A stretch of DNA of 64,000 nt from the NCBI GenBank assembly GCA_023132875.1, contig JAGLXN010000017.1:22142-86141 (forward strand), given 5' to 3'. Every line of letters starts with the position of its first letter. Position 1 is the stretch's first letter. Position numbers and translations under genes: made by a program. A model generated the notes under the pieces. That model was not told the DNA's origin, did no database searches, and worked only from the letters and a program-made list of their open reading frames with translations. Of this stretch, positions 28,656 to 37,706 are shown piece by piece. This stretch comes from Candidatus Parcubacteria bacterium (GTDB lineage: Bacteria > Patescibacteriota > Minisyncoccia > JAHIHE01 > JAGLIN01).

Positions 28656-29672
28656 TCATTCTCCCAATATCCCCGCCGCTCTTTCTGGAATTATGGAACA
28701 AACCTCTATTCCAGTACTAAGTTCAAGTCCAGCCCATATATTTGTCTTTGGAAATATTTCAAAATGCCAATGATAATGATCGTAAATCTGCCCATTGCAT
28801 GGCGCAGTATGTAAAAATAAATTATAAGCCGGATCATTCAAATTCTTTTTCAATTTTGACAAGCAAAATTTCATTGCTTCCGCCAGTTTTACTTTTTGTT
28901 CATCCGTAATCCTTTCAAAATACGATAAATGCCTCTTTGGATAAATTCTCATCTCAAAGGGAACTCTTGAAACAAAGGGGCAAACAGCCATAAATTCCTC
29001 ATTTTCAAAAAGCAATCTTTTGCCGCTTTCTTTTTCCCATTCAATCATCGCGCAATGCACGCATTCTTTGTGAGCATTAAAATAGCTCTCACTGCCGTTT
29101 ATACTCCTGAAGACATCAGGATCAATTATAGGCATAGCGACTATCTGGCTATGGGGGTGTTCTATTGAAGCTCCCGCGTCATGTCCATAATTTTTGAATA
29201 TGGAAATATACTTTATATGTCTTCTGTTCATTAAGGCTAAATATCTTTCCTGATAAGCGTCTAGAATTTCAGCAACTTGTATAATTTCCATATCAGGAAT
29301 ATCTTTTTTATGATCTTCGGTCACAAGAACTTCATGATATCCGACTCCATCAATCACTTCAAACGGTCCGTGATCTCTTTTGTTTATATCTTTATATTCG
29401 GACGAAAGAGCTGGAAACTTATTTGGAAAAACCTTTAAACTCCAATCTCCGTCCTCTTTCATATACACCAATACATCTTTTTCTTGACTGGTTATATTTT
29501 CTTTACAAAACGGACAGTTTTTTTTATTTTCAACATCTTCTTTCTTTTCCTCTTCCTTTTTAGAAAAATCAGGCCGTTTACTTCTTTTAGTTGAAAACAA
29601 AACCCAGGTTCCGCTTACAAGATCTTTTCTAAGCTGGAAAAAGATACTTTCCCTTTTATTTTTAGTAGTCAT
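28656..29672 (-). CDS. galT: Galactose-1-phosphate uridylyltransferase (GalT, HIT-like)
   Basis: CPFC zinc motif and HPHSQ active-site motif. Confidence 0.65.
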   Translation of the reverse strand: MTTKNKRESIFFQLRKDLVSGTWVLFSTKRSKRPDFSKKEEEKKEDVENKKNCPFCKENITSQEKDVLVYMKEDGDWSLKVFPNKFPALSSEYKDINKRDHGPFEVIDGVGYHEVLVTEDHKKDIPDMEIIQVAEILDAYQERYLALMNRRHIKYISIFKNYGHDAGASIEHPHSQIVAMPIIDPDVFRSINGSESYFNAHKECVHCAMIEWEKESGKRLLFENEEFMAVCPFVSRVPFEMRIYPKRHLSYFERITDEQKVKLAEAMKFCLSKLKKNLNDPAYNLFLHTAPCNGQIYDHYHWHFEIFPKTNIWAGLELSTGIEVCSIIPERAAGILGE

Positions 29673-29795
29673 ATTTTTTCTTAATAAATTTATTTTAAAA
29701 AAATTATCATTCCTTATGGTTTTATTCTATCACAATCAAGCTTAAAACAAAACATATAGATAATATTTTATTTAGGCAAAAATTTCTAAATAATT

Positions 29796-30209
29796 TTATA
29801 TATCTTTATTATCCAAATAATCTTGCAAAATTATTCTTGCCGCCTCCTGATCTATAAATTCTTTTATATTTTCGCTCTTTACTCCCGCTTTTCTTAGATT
29901 TTCTTTAGCCATTTTGGAAGTAAAAATCTCATTTATTTCTATAATCGGTATATCGACATTTTCATTTAACTTAGCGGAAAACTCTCTTATATTTTTTGTT
30001 TGCACGCTTCCTCCCTTAAATCCGATCGGAATACCAAGAATTATTTTTTGAATATTTTTTTCTAAAATAATTTTTTTTATTTTCTCTATTAAATTTTCCG
30101 GAGATTTATTCTCAAGCGTCAAAAAACAGCTGGCCAATTTTTCGTTTTCATCTGAAATCGCCAAACCTATTCTTTTATCACCATAATCTATTGCGAGTAT
30201 TTTTGCCAT
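29796..30209 (-). CDS. ruvX: Holliday-junction resolvase-like YqgF/RuvX
   Basis: N-terminal LAIDYGDKRIGLA. Confidence 0.8.
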   Translation of the reverse strand: MAKILAIDYGDKRIGLAISDENEKLASCFLTLENKSPENLIEKIKKIILEKNIQKIILGIPIGFKGGSVQTKNIREFSAKLNENVDIPIIEINEIFTSKMAKENLRKAGVKSENIKEFIDQEAARIILQDYLDNKDI

Positions 30210-30221
30210 ATTTAGGCTTAA

Positions 30222-31058
30222 TCACTGAAATTTGTTCAAATTAAATAGTAATTTAATTTTTTCCAAACACATAAAATATCCCAAATAAAATTCATAAAGT
30301 CCTGTCCATAGTGAAACTTTTGCTGCAACGATACTTTTTTCTCCTTTTATAAAATTAACAATTGCTTTGTAAATTGTAAATAAAGGAAATAGGAAAAACA
30401 ATTTTCTTCTTATTCTTATTGGAAATGGATAATTATGATAATTATAATTAAATTTAGGAACATCATAAAAATTCTTAAGCAAACATTTTGCATGAGCTTT
30501 GGCGCGTTTTAATTGTTTAGACCTAAAATTACCATAACACCAATTGTTATATAGCGGCTGATGCTCTAATGGAATGCATACATTTTTTGTTTTTCCATAA
30601 GTTTGCATAATGCCATGCGTAACGCCGAGAAAAAACATTTTTGATTTTCTAAACAAAACTGGTTTATATGGCTTATTTTTTGTAATATATATTCGTCCGT
30701 TCCATAAGCGCCAAAGAAAAAAATAACCATCTACATCTTCATTTTTTATCAAACTGTTTATCTTAGAAGCATGTTGCGGCAACAAAAATTCATCAGCATC
30801 AATCTTTAATATCCAATTACCTTTTGCTTTTTGAAAAGCAAAAGGTAAATGTACCTCAGAAAATCCACAATGTTTCTTTTCAAATATTTTATCGGTATAT
30901 TTACGGCATATTTGTTCTGTTTTGTCTATAGATTTACCGTCTAAAACAATTATTATTTCATTGGCAATATTTTTGACACTTTCTAAACAATGTTCAATTA
31001 CCCTATCTTCGTTGTAAACAATAATACAAACACTTAATTTGTTAAACTTTTCATCCAT
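30222..31058 (-). CDS. Family 2 glycosyltransferase
   Basis: GT-A DxD region (ILKIDADEF) and N-terminal Rossmann-like segment. Confidence 0.7.
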   Translation of the reverse strand: MDEKFNKLSVCIIVYNEDRVIEHCLESVKNIANEIIIVLDGKSIDKTEQICRKYTDKIFEKKHCGFSEVHLPFAFQKAKGNWILKIDADEFLLPQHASKINSLIKNEDVDGYFFLWRLWNGRIYITKNKPYKPVLFRKSKMFFLGVTHGIMQTYGKTKNVCIPLEHQPLYNNWCYGNFRSKQLKRAKAHAKCLLKNFYDVPKFNYNYHNYPFPIRIRRKLFFLFPLFTIYKAIVNFIKGEKSIVAAKVSLWTGLYEFYLGYFMCLEKIKLLFNLNKFQ

Positions 31059-31076
31059 AATTACAGTCTCAAAAAT

Positions 31077-31853
31077 TTATTTTAATTCCGTCAAAATCTC
31101 ACACCCATCGTCTGTAACAGCAACCGTGTGCTCAAAATGCGCGGATAATTTTCCATCAGCTGTTCTGATCGTCCAGCCGTCATTATCGCATTTGATATAA
31201 TAACTGCCTTCATTCAACATCGGCTCTATCGCGAAAGTCATCCCGGGGCACAATTTTAAGCCAGTTCTTCTATTGCCGAAATTCGGCACTTCCGGCGGTT
31301 CATGAATTGATCTGCCAACTCCGTGCCCGACTAAATTTCTAACAACGGAAAAACCATTCTTCTCGGCGTATTTCTGCACGGCAAATCCAATATCCCCTAT
31401 TCTATTTCCGGGCTTCACTTGCTCTATGCCTTTAAATAAAGATTCTTTCGTAACCTCAATAAGCTTTCTTGCTTTCCTGTTTATCTTCCCGGCTCCAATC
31501 GTAATAGCGCTATCACTATGAAATCCTTTATATTTTACTCCCATATCAATACTGACAATATCTCCTTCTTTTATTATTTTATCATAAGGAAAACCATGAA
31601 CAATTTCATCGTTTATCGAAAAACAGATTATGGACGGAAAGGGCGCTATATTTTTACTTATTACATAATTCTTAAAAGACGAAATTACTCCATATTTTTT
31701 TACTTCTTTCTCAGTAATTTTTTCCAATTCATCTCCGGAAATTCCCGGCTCAACTTTTGAAGCCAGTAACTGTAAAATCTCCGCGAGAATTCTCCCGCTC
31801 TCTCTCATAATTTCTATTTCCGATTTTGATTTTATGTTTATTTTATTTTTCAT
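31077..31853 (-). CDS. map: Methionine aminopeptidase type I
   Basis: Pita-bread fold motifs (FHSD, GHGVG, EHTV). Start set at MKNKIN because the longer ORF N-terminus reads through the adjacent repeat element. Confidence 0.85.
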   Translation of the reverse strand: MKNKINIKSKSEIEIMRESGRILAEILQLLASKVEPGISGDELEKITEKEVKKYGVISSFKNYVISKNIAPFPSIICFSINDEIVHGFPYDKIIKEGDIVSIDMGVKYKGFHSDSAITIGAGKINRKARKLIEVTKESLFKGIEQVKPGNRIGDIGFAVQKYAEKNGFSVVRNLVGHGVGRSIHEPPEVPNFGNRRTGLKLCPGMTFAIEPMLNEGSYYIKCDNDGWTIRTADGKLSAHFEHTVAVTDDGCEILTELK

Positions 31854-31875
31854 TGTTTTATTTCTTGAATTATAA

Positions 31876-32012
31876 GTCATTGCGAGAAATAAAATTATCC
31901 GAAGGATAATTGAATGACGAAGCAATCCCGTAACTATGCTCCTCGCGTGTAGCCACGGGATTGCTTCGTCGCCTTCTTACTCGCTATGCTCGTTCGGGCT
32001 TCTCGCAATGAC
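31876..32012. mobile_element. MITE-like 137-bp element with 13-bp terminal inverted repeats GTCATTGCGAGAA/TTCTCGCAATGAC and an internal 15-bp inverted repeat
   Basis: Both inverted-repeat pairs seen directly; sits between map and adk. Confidence 0.65.
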
Positions 32013-32024
32013 AGTAATATATTT

Positions 32025-32684
32025 TTACTTTATATAACCAATGATCTCTTCAAAAACACCCTCCGCGCTCTGTTCTCCGTTTATTTTTATTAACATATTC
32101 TTGCTCTCATAATATTCAATAACCGGACTCAAAAGTTTTTTGCTCCATTCAAGACGATTTAAAATCTTTTCTGGCGTGTCATCTTCTCTTCTATAAACCT
32201 CGCTTCCGCAAATCGGACATTTTGTTTCTTCTTCTTTCACATCTTTTCCGACAATCAAGGAATGCCCACCTTCTCTGCATTGTTTTCTAATGGAAAGCCT
32301 TTTTACTGATTCTTCTTTTGAAATGTCCACATAAAAAACATAATCAATATTTCTTCCAACTTTTCTTAATTTTTCACTCCAAAATTCAGCTTCTTCCATT
32401 ATGCGGGGTGTTCCGTCAAATATAATCCCTTTATCTTGATCAAGTTCGTTTAATTTTTGTCCAAGTATTTTTTCTTTCATAAAACTCCACGGAATAATAT
32501 CCCCCTTTATATTAGTAATTTCATTTATTTTTCTGCCAGTGTCAGTGTCTTGTTTTGCTATATTTCTTATAATGGCTCCAGTCTCAAAAATCTGCAAATC
32601 AAATTTTTCCGCAAGCATTCTTGCCTGCGTTCCTTTTCCAGAACCCTGAGGACCCATAATGATAATGTCTATGTTTTTTTTCAT
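32025..32684 (-). CDS. adk: Adenylate kinase with zinc lid
   Basis: P-loop GPQGSGKGTQ; lid CxxC...C. Confidence 0.85.
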   Translation of the reverse strand: MKKNIDIIIMGPQGSGKGTQARMLAEKFDLQIFETGAIIRNIAKQDTDTGRKINEITNIKGDIIPWSFMKEKILGQKLNELDQDKGIIFDGTPRIMEEAEFWSEKLRKVGRNIDYVFYVDISKEESVKRLSIRKQCREGGHSLIVGKDVKEEETKCPICGSEVYRREDDTPEKILNRLEWSKKLLSPVIEYYESKNMLIKINGEQSAEGVFEEIIGYIK

Positions 32685-32706
32685 TTATTATCTCTTAAAA
32701 TATTAA

Positions 32707-32735
32707 TTGTCATTCTGAAATAAATTCAATGACAG
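32707..32735. repeat. Family B-type hairpin TTGTCATTCTGAAATAAATTCAATGACAG
   Basis: Inverted repeat TGTCATT/AATGACA. Confidence 0.5.
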
Positions 32736-32739
32736 ATTT

Positions 32740-33309
32740 TTATTTCCCGCATTCTTTCAAAATAATCCCCTTCACTTCTTCCACCGCCTCATCTAATTTC
32801 CCCTCATAATTAACCACTTGATAATCATAAATATCTTTATATTTCAACCATTCTTTTGCGTAATCCATTCTTCGCTGAATAAATTCTTCGCTTTCTCCGC
32901 GCTTTGATAATCTTTGCTTTAAAATTTCTAGTGATTGAGTTGTGATTAAAATAGAAACGACTCCGGACATTATTTTTTTAACCGTCATTACGCCTTTATA
33001 TTCAATTTTCCAAATTCCGATCTTGCCGCTACTAATAACTCTTTCAATTTCTTCATTAGTTACCCCATAAAATTGATTATTATCTTCTTCCGCGTATTCA
33101 AAAAACTTATTTTCTAAAATTCCTTTTTCAAATTCTTTTTTAGAGATAAAATAATATGGATCTTCAGCAAAAACATCTGAACGCTTTTTTCTGGTTGTTG
33201 TCGTTATTACTCTTTCAATTGAAAGAAATTTCTTTAGTCCTTCAATAACACTGTCTTCTCCCGCCCCCGATGGCCCGGAGATTATAAAAAGTTTATTTTT
33301 GGTTTTCAT
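32740..33309 (-). CDS. gmk: Guanylate kinase-like nucleoside monophosphate kinase
   Basis: P-loop GPSGAGED and TTTRKKR motif. Confidence 0.6.
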   Translation of the reverse strand: MKTKNKLFIISGPSGAGEDSVIEGLKKFLSIERVITTTTRKKRSDVFAEDPYYFISKKEFEKGILENKFFEYAEEDNNQFYGVTNEEIERVISSGKIGIWKIEYKGVMTVKKIMSGVVSILITTQSLEILKQRLSKRGESEEFIQRRMDYAKEWLKYKDIYDYQVVNYEGKLDEAVEEVKGIILKECGK

Positions 33310-33428
33310 TTTGTTTTTTAAAAATAATAGCCCGAAATAAATTCAGGCCGTCAACAAAATATCAATTATTAAAACTCTTAAAAAATAAAATTCTCATATT
33401 ATTATATTTATATCCTTGTTTTATATTT

Positions 33429-33472
33429 AACAATATAGCAATGGAACAATACAACAATTTAAATTACAATTC
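33429..33472. repeat. Repeat family C (ACAATACAACAAT motif cluster)
   Basis: AACAATATAGCAATGGAACAATACAACAATTTAAATTACAATTC. Confidence 0.5.
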
Positions 33473-34738
33473 ATCATAATCTCTCATCGTCAATTGTGAA
33501 TCAATCTGCCTGATTGACTCAAGAACAACACCCACAACGATCAAAACAGAAGCTCCGCCAACAGCTAAAGTCGTTATATTAGTTAATCCCTGCGCAATAA
33601 ACGGAATTACCGCGATTAAGCCTAAAAAAGCGGCTCCAAGAAAAGTTATTCTACCAAGAACTTTTCCAAGATATTCAGCAGTATTTGTTCCAGGCCTCAT
33701 ACCAGGAACAAAACCGCCATGTTTTTGAAGATTTTCCGCGACATTCTTAGGATCAAAAACAATTGATGTATAAAAATATGTAAATAAAAAAACCATAATA
33801 AAATATAGAACGCCATAAGTCAAGTTTCCTGGCTGGAAGATGTTGCTTATAAAAACAGCTGAACTGCTAATAGCTTCATTAGAGTGTCCAATAAAAAAAG
33901 ACGCCACAATTCCAGGAAAAAGCATTATAGACATAGCGAATATAAGAGGTATCATTCCAGCAGAATTAACCTTAAGCGGCAAAAAAGTGGAAACGCCTCC
34001 GGAAGTTTTATTTCCTCTAACACGCCTTGCGTAAGAAACTGGAATATTTCTTTGCGCTTCCGTAATAATTACAACTCCAAGAACCACAACAACAGACATA
34101 ATTAGCAAGCTTATTATACCAGGATATTTATCTGGAGTCATAGTAGCAATAGTCTGGCTTATTGCCATGGGAATACCAGAAACAATGCCGGCAAAAATAA
34201 TTAATGAGATGCCATTTCCAATTTTCTTTTCTGAAATAAGCTCTCCAAGCCACATTAGAAATATAGTTCCAGCAGTGATCAAAGAAATAGCGATAACCAT
34301 GTCAAATCTATCAATATTGCCGATAATCCCCTGATTTTTTAAAAGAGTGATCATCGCAAAACCCTGAAGCATTGCTAATGGAACAGTAGCGTATCTTGTA
34401 TACTGATTGAATTTCTGTCTTCCAGCTTCTCCGGCTTCCTGATACATTTCTTTTATTTGCGGAAATATCATTGTCAAAAGCTGCATTATAATAGAAGCGG
34501 TAATATAAGGACCGACTCCAAGCATTACTAATGAAAAATTCTCCATTCCTCCGCCGGTAAACGCGCTCAAAAGGCCAAGAAGCTGGTTGCTTTTGAAAAA
34601 ATCGCTCAATCTTTCAGCGTCAACTATTGGAATTGGGATATGCGCCGCTAAACGAAAAATAATAAGCATCACAGCTACATAAATTATTTTGTTTCTTAAC
34701 TCCCTGTCCTTAAAGACACGGATTAGTTTTTTGAACAT
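33464..34738 (-). CDS. secY: Preprotein translocase SecY
   Basis: 10-TM profile and conserved SecY segments. Confidence 0.9.
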   Translation of the reverse strand: MFKKLIRVFKDRELRNKIIYVAVMLIIFRLAAHIPIPIVDAERLSDFFKSNQLLGLLSAFTGGGMENFSLVMLGVGPYITASIIMQLLTMIFPQIKEMYQEAGEAGRQKFNQYTRYATVPLAMLQGFAMITLLKNQGIIGNIDRFDMVIAISLITAGTIFLMWLGELISEKKIGNGISLIIFAGIVSGIPMAISQTIATMTPDKYPGIISLLIMSVVVVLGVVIITEAQRNIPVSYARRVRGNKTSGGVSTFLPLKVNSAGMIPLIFAMSIMLFPGIVASFFIGHSNEAISSSAVFISNIFQPGNLTYGVLYFIMVFLFTYFYTSIVFDPKNVAENLQKHGGFVPGMRPGTNTAEYLGKVLGRITFLGAAFLGLIAVIPFIAQGLTNITTLAVGGASVLIVVGVVLESIRQIDSQLTMRDYDEL

Positions 34739-34744
34739 AGAATT

Positions 34745-34847
34745 ATATTGTTAAATTGTTGTATTGTTAAATTGTTGTATTGTTTTGCCTATTGCTTATT
34801 CAACGATTTAATCCAACAATACAGCAATGTAACAATATAACAATAAT
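34745..34847. repeat. Repeat family C, large palindromic copy (ATTGTTGTATTGTT x2 ... AACAATACAGCAATGTAACAATATAACAAT) upstream of secY
   Basis: Seen directly. Confidence 0.6.
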
Positions 34848-34853
34848 TTTTAT

Positions 34854-35285
34854 TTATATGTTTCTTATTTCCCCGCCCGCTTTCTTGATTTTTTCCTCGG
34901 CATTTTTAGATATTGCACATTCTTCAATAATAATTTTTTTAGTCAAATCTCCATTTCCAAGGATTTTAACTCTCGGCTTTATTTTGCTTATCAACCCCTT
35001 TTTTAATAAAATTTTAGCGCTTATAATATCCCCGTCTTGAAAATTATTTTCCAAAGCAGAAACATTAACTACATTATTTTTATCATATATACTCTTAAAT
35101 CCCCTTAGTTTCGGAGTTCTTCTAAAAAGCGGAGTCTTAGTTCCTTCAAAGCTTTTTCCCTTGCCTCCGCCAGACCTTGCTTTCTGTCCTTTTGTTCCGC
35201 GAGTAGCAGTAGTCCCATGGGGTCCGCCGCGACCGACTCGCTTCTTTGCTTTTTTCTTGCTCGGTTTTAATTGATGTAATTGCAT
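34854..35285 (-). CDS. rplO: 50S ribosomal protein L15
   Basis: Gly/Arg-rich N-terminus RVGRGGPHGTTATRG. Confidence 0.9.
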   Translation of the reverse strand: MQLHQLKPSKKKAKKRVGRGGPHGTTATRGTKGQKARSGGGKGKSFEGTKTPLFRRTPKLRGFKSIYDKNNVVNVSALENNFQDGDIISAKILLKKGLISKIKPRVKILGNGDLTKKIIIEECAISKNAEEKIKKAGGEIRNI

Positions 35286-35373
35286 AAAATCATTTTAACA
35301 TATAAACATACTAACATTTTAACATACTAACATTTATTGTTAAAATATTTGATTAAGCAAATAATATAACAAT

Positions 35374-36000
35374 TTATTTTTTCTTCTCTGTTTTTTTAGT
35401 ATTTTCTTCTTTTTTTTCTTCTTTTCCTATCTTTTTAGCCTGCTCTGCTTCCTTTGCTAATTTTTCTTCCGATTCCAACGCAATTTCTCTTGTTTTTTTT
35501 ATAGAAAATTGCTTCAAGGCTTCCATTGTCGCTCTGGCGTTATTTAACTTGCTTTTAGAGCCAAGCATTTTAGCAGAAATATCTTTAATACCCGCTAAAG
35601 AAACAACTGTTCTAACTGCGCCGCCAGCAACAATACCGTTACCTTTTACAGCCGGCTTTAAAAGAATTTTGGCGCTGCCTAATTTTTGATCAACTCGATA
35701 CGGAATTGTATTTCCAGTAAAATTCAACGTTATGAGGTTCTTCTTTGCATCAGCATAAGATTTCTCAGTTGCGATTCTCATATCTTTCCCTTTAGACACG
35801 CCAACCCCTACTCTTCCTTTCCTATCTCCAATAATAACGACTGTCCTAAAACTAAATCTTTTACCGCCTTTAACAACACGCGTTACACGCGCAACATCAA
35901 TAACTTTCTGATCAAATTCAGGCTTTTCTCTTTTTTTTCCTTTAAATGATCCTTTTTTAAATGGAGCCTTTGTAGCTACAGAATCTTCTTTTTTATTCAT
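35374..36000 (-). CDS. rpsE: 30S ribosomal protein S5 with K/E-rich C-terminal extension
   Basis: VTRVVKGGKRFSFRTVVIIGD motif. Confidence 0.9.
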   Translation of the reverse strand: MNKKEDSVATKAPFKKGSFKGKKREKPEFDQKVIDVARVTRVVKGGKRFSFRTVVIIGDRKGRVGVGVSKGKDMRIATEKSYADAKKNLITLNFTGNTIPYRVDQKLGSAKILLKPAVKGNGIVAGGAVRTVVSLAGIKDISAKMLGSKSKLNNARATMEALKQFSIKKTREIALESEEKLAKEAEQAKKIGKEEKKEENTKKTEKKK

Positions 36001-36132
36001 ATTTATTACAAATTAAATAATACAAGTTAAGTTTCACGCATCTCAGAAATCCGGTTATAGAGACACGATTAATCACATCTCTACAATCGGACTCCTGAAA
36101 TGCTCATATTTGAATTTCCTAGCAGTAGATTA

Positions 36133-36489
36133 CTAAAAAACCAATCCCTCTTCACGGGCACCTTCAGCTACTGCTCTTACTCTTCCGTGATATTTATAGC
36201 CTCCTCTATCAAAAATAACTCTGCTTATATTTTTTTCCTGAGCTTTTTTTGCAATTAATTTTCCAACTTCTTTCGCAGCGTCAATCTTTATTTTCTTTCC
36301 TTTAATCTCTTTTTCGCTTGCGCTTGCCAAGGTAATTCCTAAATCATCATTAATCAGTTGAACAAATAATCCCTTATTGCTTCTAAATAAATTTAAACGC
36401 GGAGTTTCTGCTGTACCAATAATCTTAGAGCGAACTCGTTTATGCCTTCTTGTCTTAGCTTGTCTTTTTATTATTTCCTTATTTTTCAT
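36133..36489 (-). CDS. rplR: 50S ribosomal protein L18
   Basis: C-terminal [24 protein letters not shown]. Confidence 0.9.
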   Translation of the reverse strand: MKNKEIIKRQAKTRRHKRVRSKIIGTAETPRLNLFRSNKGLFVQLINDDLGITLASASEKEIKGKKIKIDAAKEVGKLIAKKAQEKNISRVIFDRGGYKYHGRVRAVAEGAREEGLVF

Positions 36490-36545
36490 AAAAATATTTT
36501 GTTATAAAATTCTTAAAGTTTCTAATTTCCAAAATAATTTGAAAA

Positions 36546-36615
36546 TTTTGTCATTGAAAATTGATTGCCGGTCCAAGGCTGGTCCGCCTCGGGCGGAAAA
36601 ATTAGAAATTGAAAA
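36546..36615. mobile_element. Repeat family A copy (TTTTGTCATTGAAAATTGATTG-CCGGTCCAAGGCTGGTCCGCCTCGGGCGG-AAAAATTAGAAATT) in the rplR-rplF spacer
   Basis: Near-identical over about 70 nt to the copy at 50443..50512. Confidence 0.65.
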
Positions 36616-36616
36616 T

Positions 36617-37165
36617 TTACTCTCCTGTTCCCGCGACTTTCTTTCCAACTTTCCTTCTTACATGCTCTCCTAAATACCTTATCCCTTTTCCTTTATATGG
36701 TTCTGGCTTCTTTTTACTTCTTATATCAGCAGCAATTTGTCCTACAAGCTGCTTATTTATTCCAGCTATGGTAATAATATTTTTTTCAACATTAAATTCT
36801 ATTCCTTTTGGAGCTTTAAATATTACTAAATGTGAAAAGCCAAGACTAAGTTCCAGATCATTTCCTTTTTGAACTACCTTATACCCAACTCCTTGTATTT
36901 CAAGTTTTTTTTCAAATCCTTTTTCCGCTCCTTCAATCATATTAGCAATTAATGTTCTAGAAAGTCCCCAAATAGCATAATTTTTTTTTGTATTATTTTT
37001 TACAGATACTATAATATGATTGTCTTTAATCTCAATAGACATTTTTGAATCAATTTTATCAGTAAGCTCTCCTTTGGGCCCCTTGACAATAACTTCATTA
37101 TCTTTACTAACAGAAAATGTGACTCCTGATGGTATGTTTATTGGCTGTTTTCCTATTTTACTCAT
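36617..37165 (-). CDS. rplF: 50S ribosomal protein L6
   Basis: Conserved L6 sequence, tandem alpha/beta domains. Confidence 0.9.
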   Translation of the reverse strand: MSKIGKQPINIPSGVTFSVSKDNEVIVKGPKGELTDKIDSKMSIEIKDNHIIVSVKNNTKKNYAIWGLSRTLIANMIEGAEKGFEKKLEIQGVGYKVVQKGNDLELSLGFSHLVIFKAPKGIEFNVEKNIITIAGINKQLVGQIAADIRSKKKPEPYKGKGIRYLGEHVRRKVGKKVAGTGE

Positions 37166-37211
37166 AATTTAAAATGTTTATATGTTTATATGATTATATG
37201 ATTATATGATT

Positions 37212-37601
37212 TTACCACACTTCAAAAATAACTTCTCCACCAAGCCCTTTTTCTTTTGCTTCTAAATTAGTCATGACACCTTGATGTGTTGAAATAATAG
37301 AAAGCCCATATCCGCCAAGTATTTTTGATACTTTTTTCTTATTAATATATCTTCTTTGACCGGGTTTACTAACTCTTTTAATTTCGGATATTGCATAATT
37401 ATCACCAACTTTTTTTAATACAACTTCTAAAGTTATTTTAACTCCTTTTTTATGTTGAATTACATCTTGAATATAACCTTCTTTTTTAAGGATTTTTGCC
37501 AAGGCTAGCTTAAATTTAGAAGAAGGCATTAACACGGCCATATGATTGGCTCTTTGTGCATTTCTTATTCTTGTTAGCATGTCCGATATTGGATCAGTCA
37601 T
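37212..37601 (-). CDS. rpsH: 30S ribosomal protein S8
   Basis: MTDPISDMLTRIRNA N-terminus. Confidence 0.9.
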   Translation of the reverse strand: MTDPISDMLTRIRNAQRANHMAVLMPSSKFKLALAKILKKEGYIQDVIQHKKGVKITLEVVLKKVGDNYAISEIKRVSKPGQRRYINKKKVSKILGGYGLSIISTHQGVMTNLEAKEKGLGGEVIFEVW

Positions 37602-37607
37602 ATTTTT

Positions 37608-37705
37608 GAATATTGAATTATGAATTTAGAATTACGAATTACGAATTACGAATCGACGATATTTTACAATCTTCATGATTCATAATTCATAATTCATAAT
37701 TCATC
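37608..37705. repeat. GAAT-core heptamer arrays in inverted orientation (GAATTAC x3 ... ATAATTC x3) in the rpsH-rpsN spacer
   Basis: Seen directly. Confidence 0.7.
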
Positions 37706-37706
37706 T

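Noticed and set aside
31854-31925. Extended N-terminus of map (MLRHSIILRIILFLAMTYNSRNKT)
   Set aside because: It is the translation of the adjacent MITE-like element. MetAP homology begins at MKNKIN...
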